Below, in pieces: positions 8,479 through 17,789 of a DNA stretch of 64,000 bases. Where the stretch lies: NCBI GenBank assembly GCA_044220955.1, contig JBGAQA010000019.1:1-64000 (forward strand). The letters are read 5' to 3'. The DNA is from Sandaracinaceae bacterium (GTDB taxonomy: Bacteria; Myxococcota_A; Polyangia; Polyangiales; Sandaracinaceae). The position numbers and the translations under genes were made by a program. Within the stretch, counting starts at the first letter, position 1; every line of letters starts with the position of its first letter. The notes below the pieces were generated by a model. It was given only the letters and a program-made list of their open reading frames with translations. It ran no database searches and was not told the origin of the DNA.

Positions 8479-9213
8479 ATGAACGGCCTCACGGATCGGC
8501 AGCGCATGGTGCTCGAGTACATCTGCGGCTCGATCGACGAGCGCGGCTACCCGCCGACGCTGCGAGAGATCGGCAACAAGCTCGGCATCCGCAGCACGAA
8601 CGGGGTGAACGATCACCTGCGGGCGCTCGAGCGGAAGGGCTACCTCACGCGCGAGGACATGAAGTCGCGCACGCTGCGGCCGACGGAAGCGACCCTGAAC
8701 CTCGTCGGGCACGGCTCGGCGAGCCGCGCCGTCGGGCTGAGGGGCATCAACGGCGGCAAGGCGAACGGGAGCGGCCACGCGCTCTCGCTCGGTGGGGCGG
8801 CGAACGACGCGGAGATGGTGGAGATCCCGATCCTCGGCCGCGTCGCGGCCGGCCCACTCGGCCTCACGAACGCGTTCGAGGCGCCCTCCGACACCGTGCG
8901 CATCGACCGCATGCTGCTCGGCCAGCGCGGCGGCGACGTGTTCGGGCTGCGGATCAAGGGCGACTCGATGATCGAGGCCGGCATCCACGACGGCGACTAC
9001 GTCTTCGTGCGCAAGGCGCCGACCGCGAACCGCGGCGCGATCGTGATCGCGATGGTCGGCGAGGAAGCCACTTGCAAGTACTTCTTCCCCGAGGCGAGCC
9101 ACGTGCGGCTCGAGCCGGCGAACACGGCGATGGCGCCGATCCTCGTGCCGCGCAGCGAGTGGCGCGAGACGAACATCCTCGGGATCGTCGTCGGGATCTA
9201 TCGCAGGCTCTGA
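8479..9213 (+). CDS. lexA: SOS repressor LexA
   Basis: Winged HTH (LTDRQ..GYPPTLREIG..HLRALERKGYL), cleavage site GRVAAG, catalytic GDSM and ATCK. Confidence 0.97.
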   Translation: MNGLTDRQRMVLEYICGSIDERGYPPTLREIGNKLGIRSTNGVNDHLRALERKGYLTREDMKSRTLRPTEATLNLVGHGSASRAVGLRGINGGKANGSGHALSLGGAANDAEMVEIPILGRVAAGPLGLTNAFEAPSDTVRIDRMLLGQRGGDVFGLRIKGDSMIEAGIHDGDYVFVRKAPTANRGAIVIAMVGEEATCKYFFPEASHVRLEPANTAMAPILVPRSEWRETNILGIVVGIYRRL

Positions 9214-9227
9214 GCTACCTTCGATCC

Positions 9228-10010
9228 ATGCGACGCCTCGCGTGGATCGTCGTGCTCGCCGGGTGCACCGCGCCCGTGCAGCACGCCCCCGCGCACGATG
9301 CCGACGTCGCGGACGCCCCGCCGCCGGACGGCTGGGCGGTGATCGGACACCCCGGGATCCTCCTCGGTGGCAGCGACGCCGGCGCCGGTGGCTGCGCGGC
9401 CCGCATCCTCGTCGTCTTCGACCGCTCGCTCAGCATGGAGTCGCCCTGGATCAGCGGCGGGACGAGCGCGCCCCGCTGGCAGCTCGCCGAGACCGCGCTC
9501 GCGAGCGCCGTCTCGCCACGCGCCTCGCAGCTGAGCGTCGGGGCGCTGCTGTTTCCGTCGAGCGATCCGGCGGCGAGCGCGTGCGCACCGGTCGACCCGA
9601 TCTCTCGGCAGATCCCGTTCGCGCCGGGCTCCGCGTTCCTCGCGGCGTGGGCCGCGACGTGGAGTCATCCGACGCTCTACGGCTCGACGCCGATCGACAC
9701 CGCGTTCGACGCGGCCGACGCCGCGCTCGCCGGAGCCGGCGCCGAGACGGCGGTCGTCCTGCTCACGGACGGCGAGCCCACGTGCAGCGGCGCCGTCGCC
9801 GCCGAGGCGCGCGCGGCCGCATGGCGCGCCCGGGGCATCCGTACGTTCGTGGTCGGTCTGCCTGGCTCGTCGGCCGGGGCTGCGTACCTCGCCGGCATCG
9901 CGAGCGCCGGCGGGACCGGCAGCGCCCTCGCGGTCGACGACCCCCGCGCGCTCGACGGCGCCCTGGCGACGATCGCGAGCGATCAGGTGCAGGGCCAGTG
10001 CGGCCCGTGA
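9228..10010 (+). CDS. VWA domain lipoprotein
   Basis: MRRLAWIVVLAGC lipobox; MIDAS VFDRSLSM, STP, LTDGEP. Confidence 0.85.
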   Translation: MRRLAWIVVLAGCTAPVQHAPAHDADVADAPPPDGWAVIGHPGILLGGSDAGAGGCAARILVVFDRSLSMESPWISGGTSAPRWQLAETALASAVSPRASQLSVGALLFPSSDPAASACAPVDPISRQIPFAPGSAFLAAWAATWSHPTLYGSTPIDTAFDAADAALAGAGAETAVVLLTDGEPTCSGAVAAEARAAAWRARGIRTFVVGLPGSSAGAAYLAGIASAGGTGSALAVDDPRALDGALATIASDQVQGQCGP

Positions 10011-10026
10011 GCGCGGCCACCGGTGA

Positions 10027-12189
10027 TCACGGGAACTGGACCTCGACCGGGAGCGACGCGGGCCCGCTCACGTCGTTCAGCTCTCCGTAGTAGTTGCCGC
10101 CCCAGCACCGCAGGGTGCCGTCGTCGAGGAGCGCGCACACGTGCGTCTGGGTGGCCACGACCTGCCGCGCGCCGCGGATGCCGGGGACGGGCGCGGCGCT
10201 CGCGCGGTCGGCGGTGGACCCGTCTCCGAGGATGTTGGTGCGACCCCAGCAGAGGACCCGCCCGTCGAGGGGATCGATGCCGCAGCCGCCGTCGAAGCAG
10301 ATCGAGAGGCCGACGAGCCCGTCTGCGCCCGCGACCCGACTCGGAGGCTGGCACAGGATGTCGTCGTGGGCCCAGTAGACCTCTCCGCTCACGAGCCGCG
10401 CGCAGGCGTCGGGGCCGTCCACCGCCAGCTCGGCGACCGGCCCGGGCATCACGGTCCACGGCACCGCGGTGGTCGTCGACGTCGCACCGCAGGGCCCGTC
10501 GGACGGTGGAAGCCCCCAGCTCACGATGTCGCCCGTCGCACGCAGCGCGAGCGCACCACCGCTCGCGACGCCGATCGAGACCGCGTCGTCGATCCCGACC
10601 ACTGGCACCGGCACCGACCGCGCGGTCGTCGTTCCGTCTCCCACCTCGCCGCGCTCGTTCGCGCCCCAGCAAGCGACCGCGCCGCCCGCGCGCAGGACGC
10701 ACACGTGCCTGTACCCGACGGCGACCGCCGTCGCGTCCGCGATGCCCACGACCTCGACGGGGCCGCCCTCGAGCGTCGTGCCGTCGCCCAGCGTCGGCGT
10801 CCGGATGGGCGGCGCGCTCGACGTGGACCGCCCGTCACCCCAGCAGCTCACGCGTCCGCCGGTGCGGACGCCGCAGGTCCAGAGCCAGTCGGGATCCGCC
10901 GCGACGAGATCGGCGAGCGGCACGTACTTCGGCGCTACTGGCCCATCGTAGTAGAGCGTTCCGTCCACCGCTCCGAAGTAGCCGTGGCCCGCGCACACCG
11001 CGCGACCCGACGCGCGCACCACGCACGAGATCCCGTAGCCCATCCCGATCGAGACCGCCGGATCGTCACAGACCCCGGCGTCACAGCCGCCCGCCCCGCA
11101 CGAGACGTCGCAGGCGCCGCAGCGGCGGGGGTCGTTCGCCAGGTTCGTCTCGCAGCCAGCGATCGCTGCGACGCAGTCGGTGTACCCGGCCGAGCACGCC
11201 CCGATCACGCAGGAGCCGGCGGTGCAGCTCACCGAGTCGGTGTGCACCGAGACCGCCTCGCACCAGGCCGTCGCGAGCGCACCGTCGGTCACGCCGTCGC
11301 AGTCGTCGTCGAGGCCGTCGCAGATCTCGTCTGCGCCCGGGTGCGCGGCGGCGTGGGCGTCGTCGCAGTCGTCGCCACCGCACACCGGCAGGGCGTGGCC
11401 GTCCCCGTCCGCATCCTCGATGGCACCGAGGCGTCCGTCGCAGTCGTCGTCGATCGCGTTGCACGTCTCGGTCATCCCCGGGTGTCGGTCGGCGTCCGCG
11501 TCGTCGCAGTCGTGCGGCCCGCGCCGGACCCATGCTCCGCTCGCGCAGGAGACCGGCGGAGGCGGCGTGGTGCCGCAGGCCGAGCTCGTGCGCGCGCTCG
11601 ACGGCGCGTAGCCATCGCGATCGCAGTCGGCGTAGACGGTGGAGTCGCCCCGGACGTCCGCGCGCGTGTCGTCGCAGTCGCCGGTGAGCCGCGCCCAGGA
11701 GCCTCCGCTGCAAGCGAGGGCCGGGAGCCGGGTCGGGCAGGCGTGGGTCGCGGGCGTGCCGCGCGGGCCGAGGCCGTCGCCGTCGCAGTCGGGGAAGAAG
11801 TCGAGCTCGTCGACGGCGGCGTGCGAGTCGTCGTCGCAGTCCGTGCCGCCGCAGCTCGCCGCGGTGTGGCCGTCGTGATCGTGGTCTGCGCAGCGGCACG
11901 TCCCCGTGGCGCGCTCGCACGTGGAGTCCGGAGGGCAGAGCGGCGCGCCGTCCGGGCGGCACCGATCGAGCGCGTCGACGGTGGGCGCGTCGAGGCGGAG
12001 CGCGTCCGCGGCCGGAGCGAGAGCGTCCCCGGGCGGAGCGTCGCGCACGCTTGCGTCGATCCTGCCTGCGTCGGTCCCGGCGTCGCCCGGCCCGACTTCG
12101 TCCGCGCACCCGCACGCGATCCACGCGAGGGCGACGCACGCACGGACCGAGGTACGCACCACGTCACGATCGACCGACGCCCGGAGCAC
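10027..12189 (-). CDS. Cys-rich lipoprotein with MopE-like putative metal-binding repeats and RCC1-like repeats
   Basis: DCDD..HPG..E.C..DDDCDG repeats; RCC1-type HVCVLRAGGAVACWGANERGEVGDG. Start uncertain. Confidence 0.85.
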   Translation of the reverse strand: MLRASVDRDVVRTSVRACVALAWIACGCADEVGPGDAGTDAGRIDASVRDAPPGDALAPAADALRLDAPTVDALDRCRPDGAPLCPPDSTCERATGTCRCADHDHDGHTAASCGGTDCDDDSHAAVDELDFFPDCDGDGLGPRGTPATHACPTRLPALACSGGSWARLTGDCDDTRADVRGDSTVYADCDRDGYAPSSARTSSACGTTPPPPVSCASGAWVRRGPHDCDDADADRHPGMTETCNAIDDDCDGRLGAIEDADGDGHALPVCGGDDCDDAHAAAHPGADEICDGLDDDCDGVTDGALATAWCEAVSVHTDSVSCTAGSCVIGACSAGYTDCVAAIAGCETNLANDPRRCGACDVSCGAGGCDAGVCDDPAVSIGMGYGISCVVRASGRAVCAGHGYFGAVDGTLYYDGPVAPKYVPLADLVAADPDWLWTCGVRTGGRVSCWGDGRSTSSAPPIRTPTLGDGTTLEGGPVEVVGIADATAVAVGYRHVCVLRAGGAVACWGANERGEVGDGTTTARSVPVPVVGIDDAVSIGVASGGALALRATGDIVSWGLPPSDGPCGATSTTTAVPWTVMPGPVAELAVDGPDACARLVSGEVYWAHDDILCQPPSRVAGADGLVGLSICFDGGCGIDPLDGRVLCWGRTNILGDGSTADRASAAPVPGIRGARQVVATQTHVCALLDDGTLRCWGGNYYGELNDVSGPASLPVEVQFP

Positions 12190-12219
12190 GTCAAGCGCGG
12201 GCGCGACCGGCCGCCGGCG

Positions 12220-12579
12220 CTACCTCGGCTTGCGCAGCGCGAGCGCGTGGTCCTTCTCGTCCGGATGCTCGTCGAGGAAGGCCTGGAACGACTCCTCGGT
12301 GATCTCGACCGCGACGTCGCCGTGGATCTTCGCCTGGCAGCCGAGCCGCGAGGTCGAGCGGACGTCGAACGCCTTGTCGAGGATGTCGAACTCCTCGTCC
12401 TCGATCTCGCTGGTGTTCGCGAAGCCCTCCACCACGTAGACGTGGCAGGTCGAGCACGCGCACACGGCGCCGCAGCGGTCGCCCTCGGGCGCGTGGATCT
12501 TCTTCGCGGCGGCGAGGATCGTGGTGCCGCTCTCGACGTCGACCTCCACGCCCTCCTTCAGGAAGCGAACGCGCGGCAT
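12220..12579 (-). CDS. fdx: ISC-type 2Fe-2S ferredoxin
   Basis: CGAVCACSTCHV...SRLGCQ; last gene of the isc operon. Confidence 0.93.
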   Translation of the reverse strand: MPRVRFLKEGVEVDVESGTTILAAAKKIHAPEGDRCGAVCACSTCHVYVVEGFANTSEIEDEEFDILDKAFDVRSTSRLGCQAKIHGDVAVEITEESFQAFLDEHPDEKDHALALRKPR

Positions 12580-14489
12580 CAGCCATCCTCGTGGGCGCGC
12601 TCGATGCCGCGCGCGTGCTCGGTGTCCTTCTCGATCTCGCCGACGCCCCTGCCCGCGAGCGCCCTCCGGATGCTCCGGTCCATCCTCAGGCCGGCGAAGT
12701 CGTGCGTCGCGGTGTCGAGCGCCTCGATGGCCGCGAGCAGGCGCCGCGGGTCCGTGCCGGCGTGGGCGCTGCGAACGGCGGCGATCGCGGCGTCCACGCG
12801 CGCTCGGTCGGGCGCGGCGAGCAGATCGCCGTCCTCGCGCAGCGCCTTCTCGGTGGCCATCAGCACGCGCTCGGCCTCGACGCGACGCTCCGCGAGCAGG
12901 CGCGCCTCCATGTCGGACTCGCCGTGGTCGTACGCGGAGAGCAGCATCTTCTCGATGTCCTCGTCCGAGAGGCCGTAGCTCGGCTTCACCTCGACTTCTT
13001 GCTCGATGCCCGTCGTGCGCTCGCGCGCCGTCACCTTGAGAAGTCCATCGGCGTCGACCGCGAAGCGGACCTCGAGGCGCGGCAAGCCGGCGGCCATCTT
13101 GGGGATGCCGCGCAGCGTGAAGCGCGCGAGCGAGCGACAGTCGGCGGCCAGCTCGCGCTCGCCCTGCACGACGTGCAGGTCGAAACCGGTCTGCCCGTCG
13201 GCGTAGGTCGTGAAGACCTGCGCGGCCTCGCACGGGATCGCGGTGTTGCGCGGGAGGATCCGCTCGACGACACCGCCCATCGACTCGACGCCGAGCGAGA
13301 GGGGGAGCACGTCGAGCAGGAGCACGTCGTCGTTGCGGCCCTCCCCGCTCAGCAGATCCGCCTGGATGGCCGCGCCGAGGGCGACGACGAGGTCGGGGTC
13401 GACGGAGGCGAGCGGGGGGCGGCCGAACGTCCGCTCGACGAAGGCCCGGACGGCGGGGACGCGCGTCGCGCCGCCGACGAGGATGACGCCGTCGAGCGGC
13501 AGCGACGCGGGTGCGCTGGGATCCATCCCGGCGTCTCGCAGCGCGCGGCGGCACGCCACGCCGGTGCGCTCGAGGAGCGGGGCGATCATCGCGTCGAGCT
13601 CCTCGCGGGTGAGCGTGAGCCGCGCCTCGCGGCCCGCGTGCCCGAGCTCCGTCTCGACCCGCGCGGCTTCGGTGAGCGCATGCTTGATCTGGCGCGCGGC
13701 GCCGAGCGCGTAGCGGATGGTCCCCGGATCCGGATCCGCGGCGCCGAGCGCGTCGAGCACCCGCAGGGCGATGGCGCGATCCATGTCGTCGCCGCCGAGC
13801 TGGCTGTCGCCGCCCGTCGAGCGCACCTGGAAGACCCCGTCGTCGAGGTCGAGGACCGTGACGTCGAAGGTGCCCCCGCCGAGGTCGTACACCACGAAGC
13901 GACCGTTCTTCTTCGCGCCGAGCCCGTACGCGAGCGCCGCGGCGGTCGGCTCGTTCAGCAGGCGCAGCACGGTGAGCCCGGCGAGCTTCGCCGCGTCCTT
14001 GGTCGCCTGTCGCTGCGCGTCGTCGAAGTACGCCGGGACGGTGATCACGGCGCCGCCGATCGGACCGAGCTCGTCCTGCGCGTTGTCGGCGAGCTCGCGC
14101 AGGATGGTCGCGCTCACCTCGACCGGGGTGACGACGCGGCCGCCTGCGACCTCGAGCCTCACGACCGGTCCTTCCGTGGTGGCGAAGCGGTACGAGCCGA
14201 GCCGCCGCGTCTCCGGGTCGTCCGCGCCGCGCCCCATCAAGCGCTTCACGCTCAGGATGGTGTCGTGAGGGTGCTCGACCGCCCGCTCGAGGGCGTGGCG
14301 CCCGACGGTGGTCGCGCCTTCCTTCGTGTAGTGCACGACCGAGGGCACCAGCGCGAGGTCGTCGCAGTCGCGGATCACCACGGGCTCGCCGGTCGGCGCG
14401 ACGTAGGCGACGACGCTGTTGGTCGTGCCGAGGTCGATCCCGATGGCCTTCGGCTTCGCGGCCGGATCATGTATCTGCAACAGGCCCAT
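12579..14489 (-). CDS. hscA: Fe-S assembly chaperone HscA (Hsp70)
   Basis: [33 protein letters not shown]; operon context. Confidence 0.96.
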   Translation of the reverse strand: MGLLQIHDPAAKPKAIGIDLGTTNSVVAYVAPTGEPVVIRDCDDLALVPSVVHYTKEGATTVGRHALERAVEHPHDTILSVKRLMGRGADDPETRRLGSYRFATTEGPVVRLEVAGGRVVTPVEVSATILRELADNAQDELGPIGGAVITVPAYFDDAQRQATKDAAKLAGLTVLRLLNEPTAAALAYGLGAKKNGRFVVYDLGGGTFDVTVLDLDDGVFQVRSTGGDSQLGGDDMDRAIALRVLDALGAADPDPGTIRYALGAARQIKHALTEAARVETELGHAGREARLTLTREELDAMIAPLLERTGVACRRALRDAGMDPSAPASLPLDGVILVGGATRVPAVRAFVERTFGRPPLASVDPDLVVALGAAIQADLLSGEGRNDDVLLLDVLPLSLGVESMGGVVERILPRNTAIPCEAAQVFTTYADGQTGFDLHVVQGERELAADCRSLARFTLRGIPKMAAGLPRLEVRFAVDADGLLKVTARERTTGIEQEVEVKPSYGLSDEDIEKMLLSAYDHGESDMEARLLAERRVEAERVLMATEKALREDGDLLAAPDRARVDAAIAAVRSAHAGTDPRRLLAAIEALDTATHDFAGLRMDRSIRRALAGRGVGEIEKDTEHARGIERAHEDG

Positions 14490-15000
14490 GGACGTCTTCC
14501 TCGGCCAGCGCGACCTCGTCGAGGAAGCGGCGGTAGTAGCGCATCTTGCCGAGCTCGCCCTCGGCGCGATCGAGGTCGCCGTCGCGATCGAGCGCCTCGC
14601 CGAGGACGGCGCGCGAGCGCGCCTGCGCAGCGGCCACGCCGGACGCGAGGGCGCGAACGCGCTCGAGCGCGCCCTCGGCCCGCGCCTCCGCGAGCGCCTC
14701 GCGCAGCTCCATGACCTCCGTCAGGAACGCCGGGTCGGCCGGCATGCCGGCCTCGCGCGGTTCTCGTCCGCGCAGGCGCAGCAGCGCCATCGCGCGGCTG
14801 ACCTCGTCTCGGAGCACGCGGTAGGCCTCGTTCACCGTCACCGCGCGGGAGAGCGACGCCCGGCGCTCGGCGGGCGTGCCCTTCGAGTGCTTGTCGGGGT
14901 GGAGCGCGCGCTGGAGATCGCGCACCCTCGCCTCGAGCGCGGGCAGCTCGAGCGCGTACTGCGCGGGCAGCCCGAGCACGTCGAAGGGGCTCTCGATCAT
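14467..15000 (-). CDS. hscB: Co-chaperone HscB
   Basis: J-domain with [16 protein letters not shown]. Confidence 0.93.
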   Translation of the reverse strand: MIESPFDVLGLPAQYALELPALEARVRDLQRALHPDKHSKGTPAERRASLSRAVTVNEAYRVLRDEVSRAMALLRLRGREPREAGMPADPAFLTEVMELREALAEARAEGALERVRALASGVAAAQARSRAVLGEALDRDGDLDRAEGELGKMRYYRRFLDEVALAEEDVHGPVADT

Positions 15001-15008
15001 GGCCGGGC

Positions 15009-15392
15009 TCAGATCGCGAACGACTCCCCGCAGCCGCAGCCCTTCTTCTCGTTCGGGTTCCTGAACTTGAAGCCGTGGCTCATGAGCTTGACCTCGTAGT
15101 CGAGCACCGTGCCGCGCAGGTAGACGAGCGACTTCGGATCGACGACGACCTTGACCCCGTCGAACTCGAACACGTGGTCGCGCTCGCGGATCTTGTCGGC
15201 GAACTCGATGACGTAGGACGCGCCCGAGCAGCCGCCGCCGCGCACGCCGAGGCGGAGCGCAGCCGTCGGCGTCCCGCGCCGATCGATCGCCTTCTTCGCC
15301 ATCTCGACGGCCTTCGGCGTCAGCTCGATGCCGGGCGGCGTCGGGCTCGGGACCTCGGTCGGCTGGGTCTCGTGGCTCGTCACGGCGTCCAT
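15009..15392 (-). CDS. iscA: Fe-S assembly A-type carrier IscA
   Basis: GGGCSG and CGCGESF motifs. Confidence 0.95.
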   Translation of the reverse strand: MDAVTSHETQPTEVPSPTPPGIELTPKAVEMAKKAIDRRGTPTAALRLGVRGGGCSGASYVIEFADKIRERDHVFEFDGVKVVVDPKSLVYLRGTVLDYEVKLMSHGFKFRNPNEKKGCGCGESFAI

Positions 15393-15399
15393 CTCGGCC

Positions 15400-15810
15400 T
15401 CACGTCCCCGCGGCAGCCGCCTTCTTGGCTGCCTGCTTCTTGCGGTAGTCCTCGATCGCGCTCTTGATCGCGTCCTCGGCGAGGACCGAACAGTGGATCT
15501 TCACGGGCGGGAGGTTCAGCTCCTCCACGATCTGCGTGTTCTTGATGGTCATCGCCTGCTCGACCGTCTTGCCCTTGACCCACTCTGTCGCGAGCGAGCT
15601 GGACGCGATGGCGCTGCCGCAACCGAAGGTCTTGAACTTCGCGTCCTCGATCACGCCCGTCTCGGGGTTCACGCGCAGCTGCAGCTGCATCACGTCGCCG
15701 CAGGCGGGCGCGCCGACCAGACCGGTCCCCACCGTGGGATCCTCCTTGTCGAGGCGCCCCACGTTCCGCGGGTGCTCGTAGTGATCGATGACTTTGTCGG
15801 AGTAGGCCAT
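15400..15810 (-). CDS. iscU: Fe-S scaffold IscU
   Basis: MAYSDKVIDHY, GAPACGDVM, GCGSAIAS, LPPVKIHC. Confidence 0.98.
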   Translation of the reverse strand: MAYSDKVIDHYEHPRNVGRLDKEDPTVGTGLVGAPACGDVMQLQLRVNPETGVIEDAKFKTFGCGSAIASSSLATEWVKGKTVEQAMTIKNTQIVEELNLPPVKIHCSVLAEDAIKSAIEDYRKKQAAKKAAAAGT

Positions 15811-15828
15811 GACGTCCTTCTTCTGTGC

Positions 15829-17070
15829 TCAGTGGCTGGCCCACTGGATGGTCTTGTAGTCGACGCCGTCCTTGTGCATGTCGTAGAGCGGCGAGAGCTC
15901 GCGCAGCCGGCGCACCTCGCGGATCACGATCTCCGCGACGTAGTCGACCTCCTCGTCGGTGTTGAAGCGGCCGAGGCCGAAGCGGATCGACGAGTGCGCC
16001 AGCTCGCTGTCCACGCCGAGGGCGCGCAGGACGTAGCTCGGCTCGAGGCTCGCGCTCGTGCACGCGCTGCCCGAGCTGACCGCGACGTCCTTGATGCCCA
16101 TCATCATCGCCTCGCCCTCGACGAAGGCGAACGAGACGTTGAGGTTGCCGGGAAGGCGACCGCCACCTGGCACGTCGCCGTCGTCGGCGCCGTTGAGGAA
16201 GACCTCGTCGAGCGCCGCGAAGAGCTTGCCCCGCAGCCGCTCGCGCAGCCGATACGCGTGCGCGACGTCCTTCTCCATCTCCGTCGCGGCGATCGCCGCG
16301 GCCTTCCCCAGGCCGACGATCCCCGGCACGTTCAGCGTCCCCGAGCGCATGCCGGACTCGTGCCCGCCGCCGTCGATCTCGGGCGTGATCCGCACGCGCG
16401 GCCTCGTGCGCCGCACGTAGAGCGCGCCCACGCCCTTGGGCCCGTACATCTTGTGCGCCGAGATCGACGCGAGGTCGACGTTCATCTCGTCGACGAGGAA
16501 GCGCATCCGGCCGATGCCCTGCACCGCATCGCAGTGGAGCAGGACACCCTTCTCGCGTGTGACCTTCCCGATCTCGGCGATGGGGTGGACCGTGCCGATC
16601 TCGTTGTTGCCGAGCATCAGGGAGACGAGGATCGTCTTGTCCGTGATCGCCCGCCTCACGTCGTCGGGCGTCACGCGGCCCTTGGTGTCGACGTCGAGAT
16701 AGGTGACGGCGAAGCCCTCGCGCTCGAGGCGCTTGCAGGTGTCGAGCACGGCCTTGTGCTCGGTCTTCGCGGTGATGATGTGGTTGCCGCGGTCCTTGTA
16801 CTGGTGCGCGACGCCCTTGATCGCGAGGTTGTCGCTCTCGGTCGCGCCCGACGTGAAGACGATCTCCTTCTCGGAGTGCGCGCCGATGAGGTTCTTCAGG
16901 CGCTCGCGCGCCTCGTCGACCGCCTCCTCCGCGACCCAGCCGAAGTGGTGATTGCGGCTCGCCGCGTTGCCGAACTTCTGCGTGAAGTACGGCAGCATCG
17001 CGTCGAGCACGCGCGGATCGACCGGCGTGGTCGCGTGGTTGTCCATGTAGATCGGGAGCGAGAGCGTCAT
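15829..17070 (-). CDS. iscS: Cysteine desulfurase IscS
   Basis: [10 protein letters not shown] (PLP Lys), SSGSACTS, C-terminal LSPLYDM..IQW. Confidence 0.98.
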   Translation of the reverse strand: MTLSLPIYMDNHATTPVDPRVLDAMLPYFTQKFGNAASRNHHFGWVAEEAVDEARERLKNLIGAHSEKEIVFTSGATESDNLAIKGVAHQYKDRGNHIITAKTEHKAVLDTCKRLEREGFAVTYLDVDTKGRVTPDDVRRAITDKTILVSLMLGNNEIGTVHPIAEIGKVTREKGVLLHCDAVQGIGRMRFLVDEMNVDLASISAHKMYGPKGVGALYVRRTRPRVRITPEIDGGGHESGMRSGTLNVPGIVGLGKAAAIAATEMEKDVAHAYRLRERLRGKLFAALDEVFLNGADDGDVPGGGRLPGNLNVSFAFVEGEAMMMGIKDVAVSSGSACTSASLEPSYVLRALGVDSELAHSSIRFGLGRFNTDEEVDYVAEIVIREVRRLRELSPLYDMHKDGVDYKTIQWASH

Positions 17071-17627
17071 CGAGCGGCCTTTTCGGTGGCTTTCTCGGAA
17101 GGGGGAACGGTCACGCCGGCGACCATCAGCGGCGCGTCTTCGGGCTCACACTCGTGGCGGTCGCAGGCGGTACATGCGTGGACGGTGCGCACCGGCTCGC
17201 AGGTGTTGCACGTCTCGAGGTACTCGAGGCTCGCGCGCAGCTCGGTCTCGAGCGCGCGCAGACGCTCGATCTGCGTCCGCGTCTCCTTCAGCTTCTCGCG
17301 ATAGAGCTCGGCCAGGCGCGTCATCGCATCAGGAGCGCTCGAGCCGCCGTTCCAACCCGCGAGCAGCTCGCGAATCTCCGGGAGCGAGAGCCCCGCGTCC
17401 TGCAGGCGGGCGATCCACTCGACGCGCGTGACCGCGTCGCTGCGGTAGCGCCGGTAGCCGCCCTTGCTGCGATCGGCGGGCTCGAGCAAGCCCAGCTCCT
17501 CGTAGAGGTGCAGCGCCCGCACGGTCTTGCCGGTGCGCCGCGCCAGCTCGCCGACCAGCAGCGTCCCCTCGGCTCGCAGCAGCGAGCCCGTGGAGAGAGG
17601 AAACAAGCGCGTGCTGACGTCCGACAT
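17067..17627 (-). CDS. MerR-family transcriptional regulator with a Cys-rich C-terminus
   Basis: [36 protein letters not shown]; coiled coil; CNTC-x8-CTAC-x4-C; stop overlaps the iscS start. Confidence 0.92.
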   Translation of the reverse strand: MSDVSTRLFPLSTGSLLRAEGTLLVGELARRTGKTVRALHLYEELGLLEPADRSKGGYRRYRSDAVTRVEWIARLQDAGLSLPEIRELLAGWNGGSSAPDAMTRLAELYREKLKETRTQIERLRALETELRASLEYLETCNTCEPVRTVHACTACDRHECEPEDAPLMVAGVTVPPSEKATEKAAR

Positions 17628-17641
17628 CGTCTCGGCCCCGT

Positions 17642-17663
17642 ACCCTTACGCACGCGTGAGGGT
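17642..17663. promoter_or_regulatory. MerR-like operator palindrome ACCCTTACGC-AC-GCGTGAGGGT
   Basis: 9/10 inverted repeat 14 bp upstream of the regulator ATG; TTGCCC lies just upstream on the minus strand. Confidence 0.65.
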
Positions 17664-17789
17664 GAGGGCAAGTCGTTTTCTAGAACCGTCGCGGGCCTCG
17701 TCAACCGGTCCGCCGCCGCCCCGCCGCCACCCACGCCAGCGCTCGTCGATATCCCGTGCGAAATCGCGTGTCCCGGTCCGGTACGCATC

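Noticed and set aside
10141..12978. 945-aa plus-strand ORF
   Set aside because: Antisense shadow of the RCC1, fdx and hscA genes with no motifs.
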